DNA of 62,753 nucleotides, the filler included, from Rhabdomonas costata (taxonomy: Eukaryota), in the NCBI GenBank assembly GCA_019059605.1. It is 13 parts of 13 records of this genome, joined end to end, with 100 filler letters (N's around TTAATTAATTAA, not from the genome) between each part and the next. Parts side by side here need not be neighbours in the genome. Positions count along the whole stretch, not along the records: positions 24,307 to 29,050 come from JAHMHO010000160.1; positions 29,151 to 33,882 come from JAHMHO010000161.1; positions 33,983 to 38,712 come from JAHMHO010000162.1; 10 more parts are not named here. One strand, written 5' to 3'. This document shows positions 24,740 to 37,000 of the stretch, piece after piece; positions within the stretch are counted from its first letter, which is position 1, and each line of letters starts with the position of its first letter. The notes beneath the pieces were generated by a model that was not told the DNA's origin, made no database searches, and was given only the letters and a program-made list of their open reading frames with translations. The translations under genes and the position numbers were made by a program.

Positions 24740-25877
24740 GGCATAAGTAAACTAAACGGGCCATAAGGAAAAGCACGGAAGCACATCAAGGGTTACTGAA
24801 AGTAGCCATCACGTATGCAGCAGAGCAGTGCAATGAAGGGATCCACATCATCAGGGAGGTTCCTACGCCACTGGTACTCCTTGACATTGGCCTCGAGGAG
24901 GTCCCCATGCACACGTCCCCATGCACACACCCTCTCGAACGGAGGAAGGTCTTGAGGGCACCCCAAGTTCCATCAATTCCTTGGGTCGAGACAGTCCTGA
25001 GCTTACCATGGAGCCGTTCCTTACGAGTAAATTCCCCACTTGAGTGATCGACGGAAGACCAGGAGAGGCCATATTCCTTCGAAAGAGACTCATACGCCCT
25101 GGCACCATCGGTAAAAAGATAGGAGCCCGGAGCAATCTTGTCCACTAAAGGGCGGACATCGCGAATGGTTGGGGGACCGAACCTCCGTTCGTCAGAGTCC
25201 TTTTGGACCTTTTCATAGGCCTGTATGAAGATCCTACCCGTAGATCTGTCATACAGACCTCTGAAGTCACCCTTTACATCAGTGTCGTGGCCATGTAGGC
25301 CCTTTCTCTTCCTCCCTACCTCACACTCATCGACCTCGACCTCCAGGCCTTTACCCCCAAAGGCGGTCACATCAGAATGAGCAGCTTCCCAGTTGAGGAC
25401 ACACAACCTGAACCTTTGTGACCAGGTGGCCACAGTGGGGCGGCTGACACCCAGCATATGCACCGAGCGAACCCCGGCACAGTCATGGGCCCAGAAGTAA
25501 GCCAAGAAAAGCCATTGCTTCAAAGGCAGGGGCGAGGACTCAAGAATAGAGGATTATTTGCCATAAATCTTCTTTCGACACTTGGTACACCTCCGGTAGG
25601 AAGAACTGCCATTTTGGCAGACCTCACCCAAAGGGCCACCACACTCACAAGAAGGATCTCTCAGTACACCATAGCTCTTCAAAAACTTGCGTAGTTCGGT
25701 TTCATCAGCACATAAAGCTTCTAAATCAAACAAAGAGAACATGGCTGTAGAAAGAGGGGCAACACTCCCTAACCCCAGGAAAGTTGCGGGGGGGACTCCG
25801 TCCTACAGATGTAACTCGTCCTAACCCCCTGTTTTTCTCAATACTTTGTCCTATGGCCCTTTTAGTTTACTCCTGCC
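24740..25877 (-). mobile_element. Merlin/IS1595 (ISXO2-like) DNA transposon, about 1.14 kb, with ~36-bp imperfect TIRs
   Basis: Left end GGCATAAGTAAACTAAACGGGCCATAAGGAAAAGCA; reverse complement of the right end GGCAGGAGTAAACTAAAAGGGCCATAGGACAAAGTA. The TIRs enclose a DDE transposase. Confidence 0.92.
24793..25742 (-). pseudogene. IS1595/Merlin transposase, inactivated
   Basis: Zn ribbon CECG...CTKC, VEVDECEVG, FTDGARAY, VDHS, STQGIDGTWGALK, EYQWRRN. There is an in-frame TAA at 25554-25556 and a 14-bp tandem duplication at 24901-24928 that causes a frameshift. Confidence 0.9.
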
Positions 25878-26188
25878 ATATAAAAATATATCTATCATAC
25901 CTCGCGCTGCTCATTACCCCACTCCATCTCATTTTCACTTTTGTCCGTTTTGCAAACTCCAACGCAGGCCGTCACCTTCCTCATTGGGGTCTTCCGAAAT
26001 TCTCCACTGGGACCTCCGAGAAAGTGCTTCGAGAAAAGAGGACGATGGATATAAGGACCAGACAAGGAACCGCCAATCCTTTTGAGCTCTCGCCTACAGT
26101 CAACATAAAACACAGGAACAAATGGGACCCTGGTGTAGGCAGAAAAGCCAAGAAAGAGGGACCGGGGAGGCACAAACACAAACGCACG

Positions 26189-26219
<31 letters not shown>

Positions 26220-28516
26220 TTCAGCACCGCAAGGGTTCGCCCGTCATGAGGATCCGCTTCGAGGCTAACCCACACGTGGGCTGTGTCCGTGACGTCCACA
26301 CGATAGCGGAACACGCTCTGCCAAGCAAAGGCGGCAAAGTGATATCAAAACAATTTTTGCTGTCATAAATTTCTTCAGCCGATAGTTTTCCTGCGAACAG
26401 TATGACGGCTACATGAATCTAAAGCAGACTACACCTCCAACGGAGAGTTTTCACCACGGCACATCGCACCAGAAAGACCCATTGGCATAGCGATAGGTTC
26501 GCATACTATCTCAATCTCAATCTCAGTTTTGGGCTAACAAAGCGGCACTCTTAATCACATCAAACAATTATGGAGGGTATCGGCTGGAACACGGCTCTGA
26601 CCTCGCTCTCCTTAACGGGAGGATCAGGAGACCTCTAGCAGGGCGAGTTGCTCCACGAACAGTGCAAACGGGAGCGTGCGAAGGGCGGTGGAGCCGGAGC
26701 CGAAGACCAGCCCGTGGTACAGAAGCAGTGGAGGGGCACGTCCGGGGACCCACCTATTGGATGAAGGTACGCGCCACAACGCAAACGCGCGAAAAAGACA
26801 CTGCATCATTTGAGCGGTCGTGCGTCTATCCTGCAACCTAGAGCATGCCCGAATTATCGCATTGATGTTGCGGAAAAAGTCGAAAGGTCATGTTTGTGCC
26901 ATAACTCTTGGAGAGATGGTGCAGAATCGCCACCATCCTCATTCTCCTCATCGTTTCAATGCCGTGTTGTTGCTTACGTCCCAGTCTGGAGTGGCTGTCT
27001 GTTGGAGAAAGTTCAGCAATCATTAAGACCAGACTCCAAGTCAAAAAAACGTCGGATGCACTGTCTTTGTCTCGACAGCTCATACAACAAGACGCATGCG
27101 CGCTGTGGAATGCTGCGAATCGCGCTTCAGTGCAATGCCACTTTAATTCATGTTAAAACAGGTATGCGTGCTCTGTGCTGAAAGCAAAACCATCCTGCTC
27201 ACCAAGTTCGCACCAATTGAGCAGCAGAAGTGGGCCTTCTTTAGGACTTCATAGCGGTTTAGCGGGTTTTCCGCACGGGGGGTGGGGATCTTGCATGTGC
27301 TGCATAATGCCGGTGACATTTCTTAGTTCTGAGAAGTAAACCACCAGAAACATTGCGAACGAGCTCGTTGCTATCCCAAAGCACCTGTTGATTTGTGTTT
27401 TTTTTCACAGCCACTTTTAAAAAATTTTGTCTGAATTTGGGTTTCAGGAGGTTTCCAGGGGAGAAGCTGGTGTTGGGTATGCACTGGATTGGTCACAATC
27501 ATTTTTTTGGGTTCGCCAAATAAGTGTCCAAGGAGATAAACAGCAACACAGCAAGCAAAACCAAGGGCGGTGTTTTCTGCCTGCTTAGCCCGTGCTCCAC
27601 AGTTCTGTTCCGCAGGGCGGAAAGGAAAGAATGCAAAAGTGGCTGTGAGGGCACGCGCGGCAAACCCTCGTTCTTGCTGCCATCTGAGATGTCCCGCCCG
27701 AGCGCCGTGGCGGAGCTGCGGTTGCACGGCCACCCCCCGCTTCCGAAAGGCCTCCCGAAGGTCTGAAAGAGTGTTCTCAGCGCCTTCGGGAAGGGCCCGG
27801 CTGTAACCTGCACCACACCACACATACCCAAGAGATTTGACACGAGCACACCATGCTAAAATCGCGGCATTATTGCATGTTCCCCCCCCCTCCCGTCAAG
27901 CGCTCTAACACGTACATGCATCTCTAGAAAAGCATCTAGGATATTGAGCGCGGAGCCTCAGCAGTGCGGCCCAAGACATCGTGGAAAATGTCACAGGGAG
28001 CATCTAAACTTCAGCCGGAGGATGTGCAAACCGCAACCTCTCCACCTCTCCACCTGTGCAAAATCTTCCATTGGAATCCCACGGGCGCGTGCATGGACAC
28101 CTAACCCACAGCATTCTCACGGAGGGGGTTGGGGACATAAAGGCACTTGCTCACAGCTTAGAAAAGCAGGGCATGCACTTGATACGAGGTGTCTACGAGG
28201 TGTGGGAGGCAGGGAATCTCCAAAAAACGCAGAATCGCATGTTCTATCAATTAATAATGCGGAGATTCATTTGTGCAACTGCGAGAGAGAGCCAACTGAG
28301 TGCACCTTCAAACATCAGCATCCCCGTGGGATCGTTGATGTACGTCAGCCGCGAGGTCTGCGAAGGGTTTTGGGCATGTCTCACTAGAACGGTGACCGTA
28401 AGGAAGGGCCGGGAATGGAGCAGGCAATGCTCCAGGAAGTCCCGCTGCATAAGGGGCAGCGGAAGCTCCAGGCTGGAGTTCAGCACTGCATGTAGGCAAG
28501 GGAATATGTCACCCAT
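26220..28516 (-). CDS. Possible exons of an unidentified gene
   Basis: GC-rich coding-like blocks at ~26220-26320, 26625-26755, 27650-27810 and 28300-28516. Frames and joins are unresolved. Confidence 0.3.
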
Positions 28517-29150
28517 CAGACTGCTCGAAACATGAGCACACCTTCGCGGAGCAGTGGTTCACCTCCCAATTGTAGAAACAATGCTAATGCAATGCAAAAG
28601 ACGTTGAAACGGGGCTCTTTGTCTTCGGGGCTTTTCGAAAAGCATCGGGTTACGACCACCTCGTCATCAAGCCTTTTGGCCACGACAAGGAGACATTCTT
28701 CTGCAACCGCAAGCTATATTAGAGAACTTAAGTTGCAAAAGGTCAAAACTTCATAAAAACAGTAATGGTAAGACAAGCCCGAGGAAGCCGCGGACCATCG
28801 CGCATGATTCGCAGCATGTTGGCGAAGAGGTAGCGGTGCTGTCGTCCACCCACCACGGCCAGGGAGTGACCTGCGCATGTGCACGAAGCAATGCGATGGA
28901 TACAGCTGCGACTGAAACAATCGCAGGCAATTTCATCGATTCGTCCACATGTTGTGTGTTTTGCAATTGACGGTCATCCGTAAACCCTGCTTCGAGACAC
29001 TGGACGCTGCTGACAAGGTTGCCGAGTATTTGTGGGTTGGTGCGCCTGTANNNNNNNNNNNNNNNNNNNNNNNNNNNNNNNNNNNNNNNNNNNNTTAATT
29101 AATTAANNNNNNNNNNNNNNNNNNNNNNNNNNNNNNNNNNNNNNNNNNNN

Positions 29151-31157
29151 GGGGTGGGTTGAAGAGGGACTAATCCCCAAAGCTTGCTCGGAAACCAGAG
29201 CCGATTTGGGTGCACCCTCCGCGGGCTCACCCGACCTCACCTCCATGGAATTTGCATGTGCATGTGAGCCAGCCTCAGGTTCGTGGTCATCCCTCACACC
29301 TGAATTACGTACCACAGTGCTCTCAGCCGCAGATCGAGTGGGCGGCAGGGATGCATTGCCCCAATGTGGGGACGGCGGTTCTCTGGACGGACCATCCGGC
29401 TCTGGTGCTGCCTCCGTGGGATCAGGATCCACAGGGAGTTTCGGTTTCTGCACCCGCTGAGTCTCATGAGCAAGATGCCGAAGCCTCTCCCGAAGACTCT
29501 GCTTCTCAGAGGCCGAGAACTGCACCCCGTCCACCTTTGGCTCAAAGGGAGAGAAGCGAAGCAGGGTATCCGGCAGTTGACTGCCAGCAGAGGTCGGTTT
29601 CTTTGGGGGAATAAGACTGGCTATTGGTGGGACGCTGGGTTGAACTGGCGCAGGCGCCACCTGACTTCGTCGTGCAGGCAGTGCTTCGCTTCCACTGGAC
29701 ACAGCCCCGTCTTTGGCAAATGACCCCGCAGAAGATGTCGAAGTCGAACCCAAGCCTTCCAAAAGGAATCCGTATACATGTCCGGCGTCTGGAGCTTTTG
29801 ACGACGTTTCAGATCCATGTGGTGCGTGATCTGAATGGTAGCCACCCCGCGTTTCCTCTTTTGTCCCCTTCACAGCAATATTGTGCGAGCCGAATTCCGA
29901 CTCCTTGGGCTGCACCTCAGACAGCTTTTCGGATGGGGGAGCCGCGGGTGGCGGAGGGGGCAACGGGCCAATTTTCGACTGCTTGGATTTTGCCTTCTTT
30001 ACAATCTTGACTCGAGGCTGAGGGGCAATGTTGGGCAGAAACTTCTCGATTCGGCTCCGAATAGAGGCATTTGTGGGAGTTTGCTCTTTGTCTAGGGCAG
30101 CGTCTTCTGGCTCAGCAGATGCTGCAACTTTTGCAGGCTCAGGCGCTTTGCTGGGCGTCAACTGAGGAGGAGCGGAGGCGATCACTTGGGGCTTGAGCAC
30201 AGGTGGGGGCATGGGACGGCACGGTACAGGCATGGTGGGAGAGGTTGGGAAGAACGGCGCGGGTGGGACGGCGCTTACTGGGAGGACAGGGACAAAAACC
30301 GTTGGGCTCACGGGGAACTGCAGTGGCGCTGCTGCGTGAAAATTCACCGCTGACACGGCAGTTTGGCTCGCAATTACAGGGTCATGATGTAGCGATGAGC
30401 AAGGGGGCCAGAGGGAAGAACATGATTCACTCGCAGTTTGAGATGGAGGTGCGGTAACGGGCAGAGACCCAACACCAGTCAAGGCGACCGGGGAAGTTGG
30501 GGTGCCCAGGTGCACGTAGTCACGTTCGGATGACACTGCGGTAGCAGCAGGTGGCAGCGTGGCAACACTGAGTGCTGGTGCAAACAGGGGCACTTGGCTG
30601 CTGTGCCGAAGCTCCCCAAATGCCTCGAAACAGCTCAGCACAAGCGCATAGGTGCCTTTGTCATTGCCCGGCTCCGTGATCGTTATACGGAGGTAGCGAA
30701 AGAATTTCCCTTGAAGAGGCACACGGAAGCACCCCCGCTCCCGGCCAGGGGCCAGTGTGGCATCATTGACGTGGATACTGATGGTTTCCCAGTGGGAGCA
30801 GTCCCAAGATCCCTCGAGAACCCAGTTCCTCATGAAATACGAGGTCGGCATGAACGCCCGGTGGGCCATGGCATAGGCTTCCAGGCGGACACGGTAGTCC
30901 TTGAAATCGAGAAGCACCCACGACCCAGGAGCGTTTTCTGTGTAGAAGATCTGCTTGTCGTAGATGTTGTCGACAACCATGTCCATGGTCCCCCGCTTCA
31001 CTGAGGATGCCTGAACCTCGACCACTTGCGCGGTGTGGGGGTTCTGCCACGGATGCTGACCCCCACCCGTGCCCAGGTAATGCAACAAGCCCGTGTTGGC
31101 ACTGCCATGTTCGCTGAGGGACAGCGTGGCTGACTGGAGCTTAACAGAAGTGGCCAT
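29151..31157 (-). CDS. Intronless protein with an N-terminal HECTD1-type SUN/discoidin (galactose-binding-like) domain and a long Pro/Ser-rich tail, 3' partial
   Basis: GLLHYLGT...WQNPH...VQASS...SWVLLDF...RNWVLEGSWD...W...HVND...FRYLRI...LSCFEAFG. The frame stays open for more than 660 aa. Confidence 0.85.
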
Positions 31158-32156
31158 TTCTCAGAATTGACAAAGAAAGCACAGACAACGGAACAACCAA
31201 CAAGCTGCAAAACAAGAGAAGACCACAGTACACCAAGACACACAGGTTTGTATAGGTGAGGGAGTCGGCTGTGACTTAGACAATGGTAGCAGGACGACAG
31301 AAAGCCGGCAATTTTCGCAATGATGATAGACTAATATAATGGCATGAGTATCTTTTCGCCAGAAGTGTGCAGCACAGAAAACCTCACCACTACTGGAAAG
31401 TTAGAATATTGCCGTCCTCCTTCTGTAAACTGAACAGCGTGACTTAATAGCAATGGCAGAGGCAGATTGGAAAATGCTCTGTGGCGTGGGTTAAAGTTTG
31501 CTTTATGTTCCAAAGTGAAATGTTCACAGGTCGAAAGGAAAAGGCACCATTTCACAGGAAAAGCAGAAAAAATATATATCCCTTGAAACTTCAATGCAGT
31601 TCCACGGCACGCCACAGCCTCAGCTGTCGGGAGTACTCAGTGAGATTAATTGACGTTGGGGGGGGGGCACGAATGAAAGTGAAAAGAGATTGTGCCAGCA
31701 AAAATAAGCCGGGATGTTTGCACCGAAACTTCAGCGTAAAAATGAGAGTTATTGCTCACACAAATTAAACTCGCCGTCCCTGGCAGTTTTCGAATTTTTA
31801 TTATTCCACACCTTTCTGCTATTTTCCTACGATTGCAACTTATCGCCGGCAGCGTGTACATTTCCACTACTTTTGATTTATGCCATGAAATTAGAAGTTC
31901 TCGTTGGCTGCAGAAAGCCAAGCGAAGAGTATGGAGACCCTCTGCGTTAAGGCGATGAAACTGGGAGGAAGCTCTTTCAAGTGGCACCAACATCTGGTTG
32001 GCTATGCCGCCCTCATTCACAACCAAAGAGCATGTCTCGGGCAATGACTCAGATCCACACGCTTTTTCACGTGCACACGAGACTAAAAAAAAAAGCAAAT
32101 CATCGCAAACCCTCCAATCAAAATGTCGACGCCTCCTTCCGAAAAAGAAGCGCTGG

Positions 32157-33617
32157 TTAATAGTAGGGTGTCCGGGGGTTGTTCAAGGGGTTAGGCCGGA
32201 ACTTGTACGCCAGCATCATGCGCTTCTTGTACAGGCTGTAGATGTCATCATCAGGGCTGGGCTCGGTAGAGCTCTGCTGCTGCTCTGCAGGGGTGGAGCC
32301 AATTCCAGGTCGGCGGGAGGGCGCCCTCGCGTCGGCTTTCGATGACGAACCAAGGCCACTACTGCCGCTGCTGCTGCAACTGCTGCTACTGCTGGCTGCA
32401 ACAGGAGTGACGCGAGGAGCAGCGTCTCCAGAGGAAAGCGGTCTGTGGAGGGCGCGGCCCAAGTGATTGCACACCCCTGGCGACTACTAGGAGTGTCCAC
32501 CCGGATTTAATGTCTTTAGGAAAACCAACGAGCACGGGAAGGCTGAGGATACCCATTTCCTACCCATGGTCAGTCGCACGCACAGATACACGTTCTTTCT
32601 CTTGAACGGGTTGAGGGGGTGCGGCCAGGAAACAAAGGCAAAACAGCTGAGGTCCGTGGATCACACAGACGAGAGGGAGAAGAAGAAAGAGACCAGAATT
32701 CAACCTAATTCCAGGACGCCAACTCATGCATGTATATGTGAATTGTATGTGTGGGCTTGCGAGAAAGAGGCGAAGCTCTTGACCCTTGGGGTTCCGATGG
32801 GAGTTTTTGCTGGGGGTCTATAATGCACATCGAAGAAACCGCTTCTGAGGGAGTATGTTCTGGCTCTTCCTGTAGAACTCCGCCATCACCTCCTCGGGAA
32901 TGAAGTCCTGTAGGTGGTGCCCGCCCTCTCCTCGGATTGCGGGCTGTGGGGCAGTGGCCATCTTGCGGGCCTCCCTGGCCTCGTGGATGGCGTCCAGCCG
33001 CCCCAGCTCAGACAGGCTGCTTAGCCGCTCCGCGGTCACCGCCGCGTCAGCGGCCTCCGGGCGCTCCACCGCCGAGGGAGGGACCACGCAGAGCCCGAGT
33101 TCTCGCGCACACTGAGAACCATAACGGGAAACAGAGAAGCTCCCCAACAGCGTTTTTATTGAGGCGGAATGTCGGAGAAATGGGTCTTTGGAGGCCATCT
33201 TGGGGGAGGTTTTGAGGATCAAACAAAAGGAAGGTGTGTGTGTGTGTGGCTGGAAATCACTATAAATCAGACATCAGATATCAGACATCAGGTCGCGATG
33301 TGGTTCTGGTGAGGTTGTGACCCATGGGGTTGCGAGCCCTGCCAGATCCAGACCCCAAAGGGAGCGCAGAAGGGCACCCTACCCCACACATCAACATGCG
33401 TTCCCACTCGGAACCAAACATCCACAATTAAACCTCCTCAAACCCAACCTTGTATCCATTCTGCACAGCATTCAGGGCTCTGCGGAAGCTAGGAACATTC
33501 CTTTAGGTTTGCCCGAATCTCTTTCACTTTGAGCTTGTAGTACACGTACTCCAAGCTGCTTTTCTGCGACAGCCACCTCAGGCGGGGCTCGGACTTTCGT
33601 CTCTCTCGAGTCATCAC
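32157..33617 (-). CDS. SUGP1: SUGP1/SF4 homolog, C-terminal part (5' partial)
   Basis: [18 protein letters not shown] and the diagnostic terminus [30 protein letters not shown]. Confidence 0.88.
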
Positions 33618-33787
33618 CTAGGCGGAAGAAAAGAAAGTGCGTGCCTATGTGAAGATTTTGAGTACAGTACCTGCCGACAGCCACACAAAAGCACACCGAG
33701 AGTGGCGCAGCAAATGGACTTGACGCCACAAGGAGACGTGGGTACTACGTTCTGGGGTTAATAATAAACTAAAAGGGGGATAAGTTA

Positions 33788-33877
33788 GTGGTACAACAAC
33801 AATTCCACGAGGGGTTTTCGGGGGCACGGGTAAGTGTTTGCTCACGAAAACCCCTCGTGGAATTGTTGTTGTACCAC
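33788..33877. repeat. Perfect 33-bp inverted repeat with a 24-nt loop at a contig end
   Basis: gtggtacaacaacaattccacgaggggttttcg ... cgaaaacccctcgtggaattgttgttgtaccac. Confidence 0.95.
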
Positions 33878-34074
33878 AAACCNNNNNNNNNNNNNNNNNN
33901 NNNNNNNNNNNNNNNNNNNNNNNNNNTTAATTAATTAANNNNNNNNNNNNNNNNNNNNNNNNNNNNNNNNNNNNNNNNNNNNGTTGTGGGGGGGGGTAGG
34001 TGAAAAATCAAATCAATAGATGAAAGGGGTGAAAAACTATGCTTCACGGCGCTAACATGCACGCATCTTCACAC

Positions 34075-37000
34075 CATCTGCTGGACTTGGAACTCGATAT
34101 TGTACAGCAGCTCGTGCTGCTTGAAGGACTCCTGGTCGAGCTGTGCGACCTTGGCCTGCATGTTCTTGTTCTGGGCCTGAGACCCATCGGGCGCCGAGGT
34201 TTGGGCGGGTGGCGGATTGAAGAAGAAAGAAGAAACACAACTCCCGAGCCGAAGAAGAGAGGCAGCGATACTTGCAGCCAGGGGAGGAACGCAGCAGCTC
34301 TGTGGTATGCATCGGGAGGCTGCCCTTGGGTCGCCAGAAAAGGGCCCGCGATGTTTCTTGGTGCAAAGCAACATTTCTTGCCAAACCAGATTCTCGACGT
34401 GCCACCTACTGCGGATTATTCTATACGGAGCAATCACAAAAAATGAAATCATAAGCGCTCGCTCAGTCTCTCGTCCCGCCATTATCGTCTCATCTTCACG
34501 GTCACTGCTGTTAGAGAGTGGGCGGCGGCTGATTGGCCCTTTCGTCTTCATGTCGGATATTGCATATACCTCCAATTGTGTGAGTTTGGGAGTTATGCAA
34601 ACCAGTGCATAATCAATTTGAGCTTGGTCCCCTTTGCTTCTTGTTGGCCATATGGTTACACCAGCCAGATGCTCACCAGATGCAGTGGACTGCAGGCCCA
34701 CGCTGAAAGCACAGTTGCACCTGCGCTCCAGAGATTTCGGCGAGGTAGTTGGCCTCGGTCTTGCGCACAGCAAACAGCTCCTGGGACTTCTGGTAGTTCT
34801 CGGCCTTCAGTGCAGTCATCTGCTTCTCAAGCTGCATTGACAACGAAGCACGGATCAGGCAATTTATGGCACACATCATACATATGCTCCCATGGCCCGA
34901 TTGAAACACCGTCATATATTCAGAAAGAAGAGCCACAGGCAGACAACAAACTGCAAAAGTTTCACCGCGTGCTCTGTGCCAAGAAAAGTATCAGCCATGT
35001 ACGGGAACATTCCGAAAGGAAACAACAATGGTGTTTGACGTTCGGTAGATGCCCATTCAACGCTTTCAAACCTCCATGAGCCAGTCCAGAAGGCGGTAAC
35101 TATGACGGCGGGTCGCCAAAAAGGTCCCAAGGGGAAAGGACCGGCCCCAGGCGAGCAAGAAAGAGGGGCTTCTCCCACTTTAAAGTCACGGCACACCTCC
35201 CTGAAGCTGTCCTCTGTCTCCGCCAGCATGTCGCTGACCAGCTTGGCCTGCTTCTCCATGTCCCCCGCAGCCTCGGCCTGAAAAACCACAGCCACAATTG
35301 GAAGGGTGGAGCAAGGAGCCTCAGCCTGAGACGAGGGTGTTTTATGCCAACGAGCCTAGTTAGGCATCGGCAGAGGGGACCGCTCGTTGTCAAACGTAGG
35401 CCTCGGGGTTCCCGCGGCTGTGGCGGGTCTGCTTGGCTGGCGGTGATTGTGAGGAGGCATGTTCTTGGGGGTTTGGGGGGTGGGCATCATCATAAGTGTC
35501 AATACAATAAAGAGCATTGGAAAGCCAGAATCCACTCGACGGGGTCTACAGACGCTGCCACCTCCTCCACAACCCGCCCCCAACCGCATCAAACACACGG
35601 TTACCCAAATCTCCCAAGCAACCATCCCAACAAAAATCCAAGGGGCCAAGGACTGACCTCCTTCTTCAGCTTCAGAGTGGTGCGCTCGTTGTTGGCCATC
35701 ATCTTCGCGTGCTCGGTGTTGCGCTGCTGCAACTGCTCATCCAGCGCGGTCCGCCGGCTCTTGCGCGCGTTGAGGTCCACAGTGGCTTTGGCCAAGGTGT
35801 TCTTCACCACTTCCAGCTCATCATCGAGCTCCCTGACAGCATATAAAACCGGACCATTGGAGAAAAAAGGAAAGCGTGTCCGTTTTTCCGACTTTCCCAT
35901 CATACCCATATTGACAGACGAGATGCAAACGAAAAAGGACGGAACCGCAGATAGAGTCTGCGAATTACAGGGACAAGTGCACAACAAGAAGCAAATGCAA
36001 CTGCGTACATTGCCAAACTGTAGAGTGGAGCAACCATACGGGAGGTGGTTGTGGCAATCGAGCGCGCTGATCAATGATAGCCGAGCGGCTGGTGATCCTG
36101 GGACGATTACGAGGCAGCAGGGGAATAAGAAGCTAAGAAGAGGCTAAACGTTTCTAGAGGTCGAAGCCGAGCAAGCCCGGGGTCTTTTGTTCACGTATAC
36201 TGTGGGCCTCCCGAAACACCCCATGCAGCCTCAGGCCTGTACCCACCCGTGCCTCATGGCGGCTCTTTCCTCAATTTTTCTGAAGAGGCTTGGACGGGGT
36301 TCATCGAGTCCTCATCCCGTGGAACAGCTTTACGAAAAACTAGGAGGGCGCGGTAGTCTCGCACCTCAGGTGCTGAGAGATCAGGAAGTTGTCCTGGCGG
36401 TACTTCGCCAGCACACGCTCCTCCTGGGCGATCTTGTTCTCCATCTCCTTGTTGTTCTGCACCTCGATGTTCAGGAAGGCCGCGCGGTCCTGAAGCTGCT
36501 CCGTGCGCTTCTGGTGCCAGGCCTTTCCTGGCAATCCCATACCCGCACCATCCCCATATAGCTACTCTCACTTCCTTCGAGTCGCAAAATCCGGAAACGA
36601 CAGCAGCTGATGAATCTTGGCTCACATCGCAACGTTATCTTAACAGAACGAGCGGTTTGTGCATTGCACCCAAGGGGGACGGACTCAGCGCTCCAAAAAC
36701 CCACTCGCACCCTCCACGGCACCACACCCACAGCAAAGTCAAACCACGGTAGGATTCAGCGGCCTCACTGAGACCTATTTTCGCTCTGATTTGTGGGGAG
36801 TCCTTGCCAATCAACCACTGTCTTGATGTATCCTGCAAACCTGTAGGAACATGGCCATGGCTGAAGATCGCTATTGAGACGGACGAAAAGCGGGGCAGAC
36901 TCCAGTGTGTATACAGAATAAATGCGGGGAGGGAAAAGGCCTACCTTCGGCGAACTGCTCCCCAGCCTTCTTGATGGCCTCGTCTCGTCGATGCATTGCC

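Noticed and set aside
25554-25556. Stop-codon reassignment or readthrough suggested by the in-frame TAA in the transposase
   Set aside because: TAA, TAG and TGA all terminate conserved genes here (SUGP1; SNase and START; NUDIX and METTL6), and the element has a second lesion.
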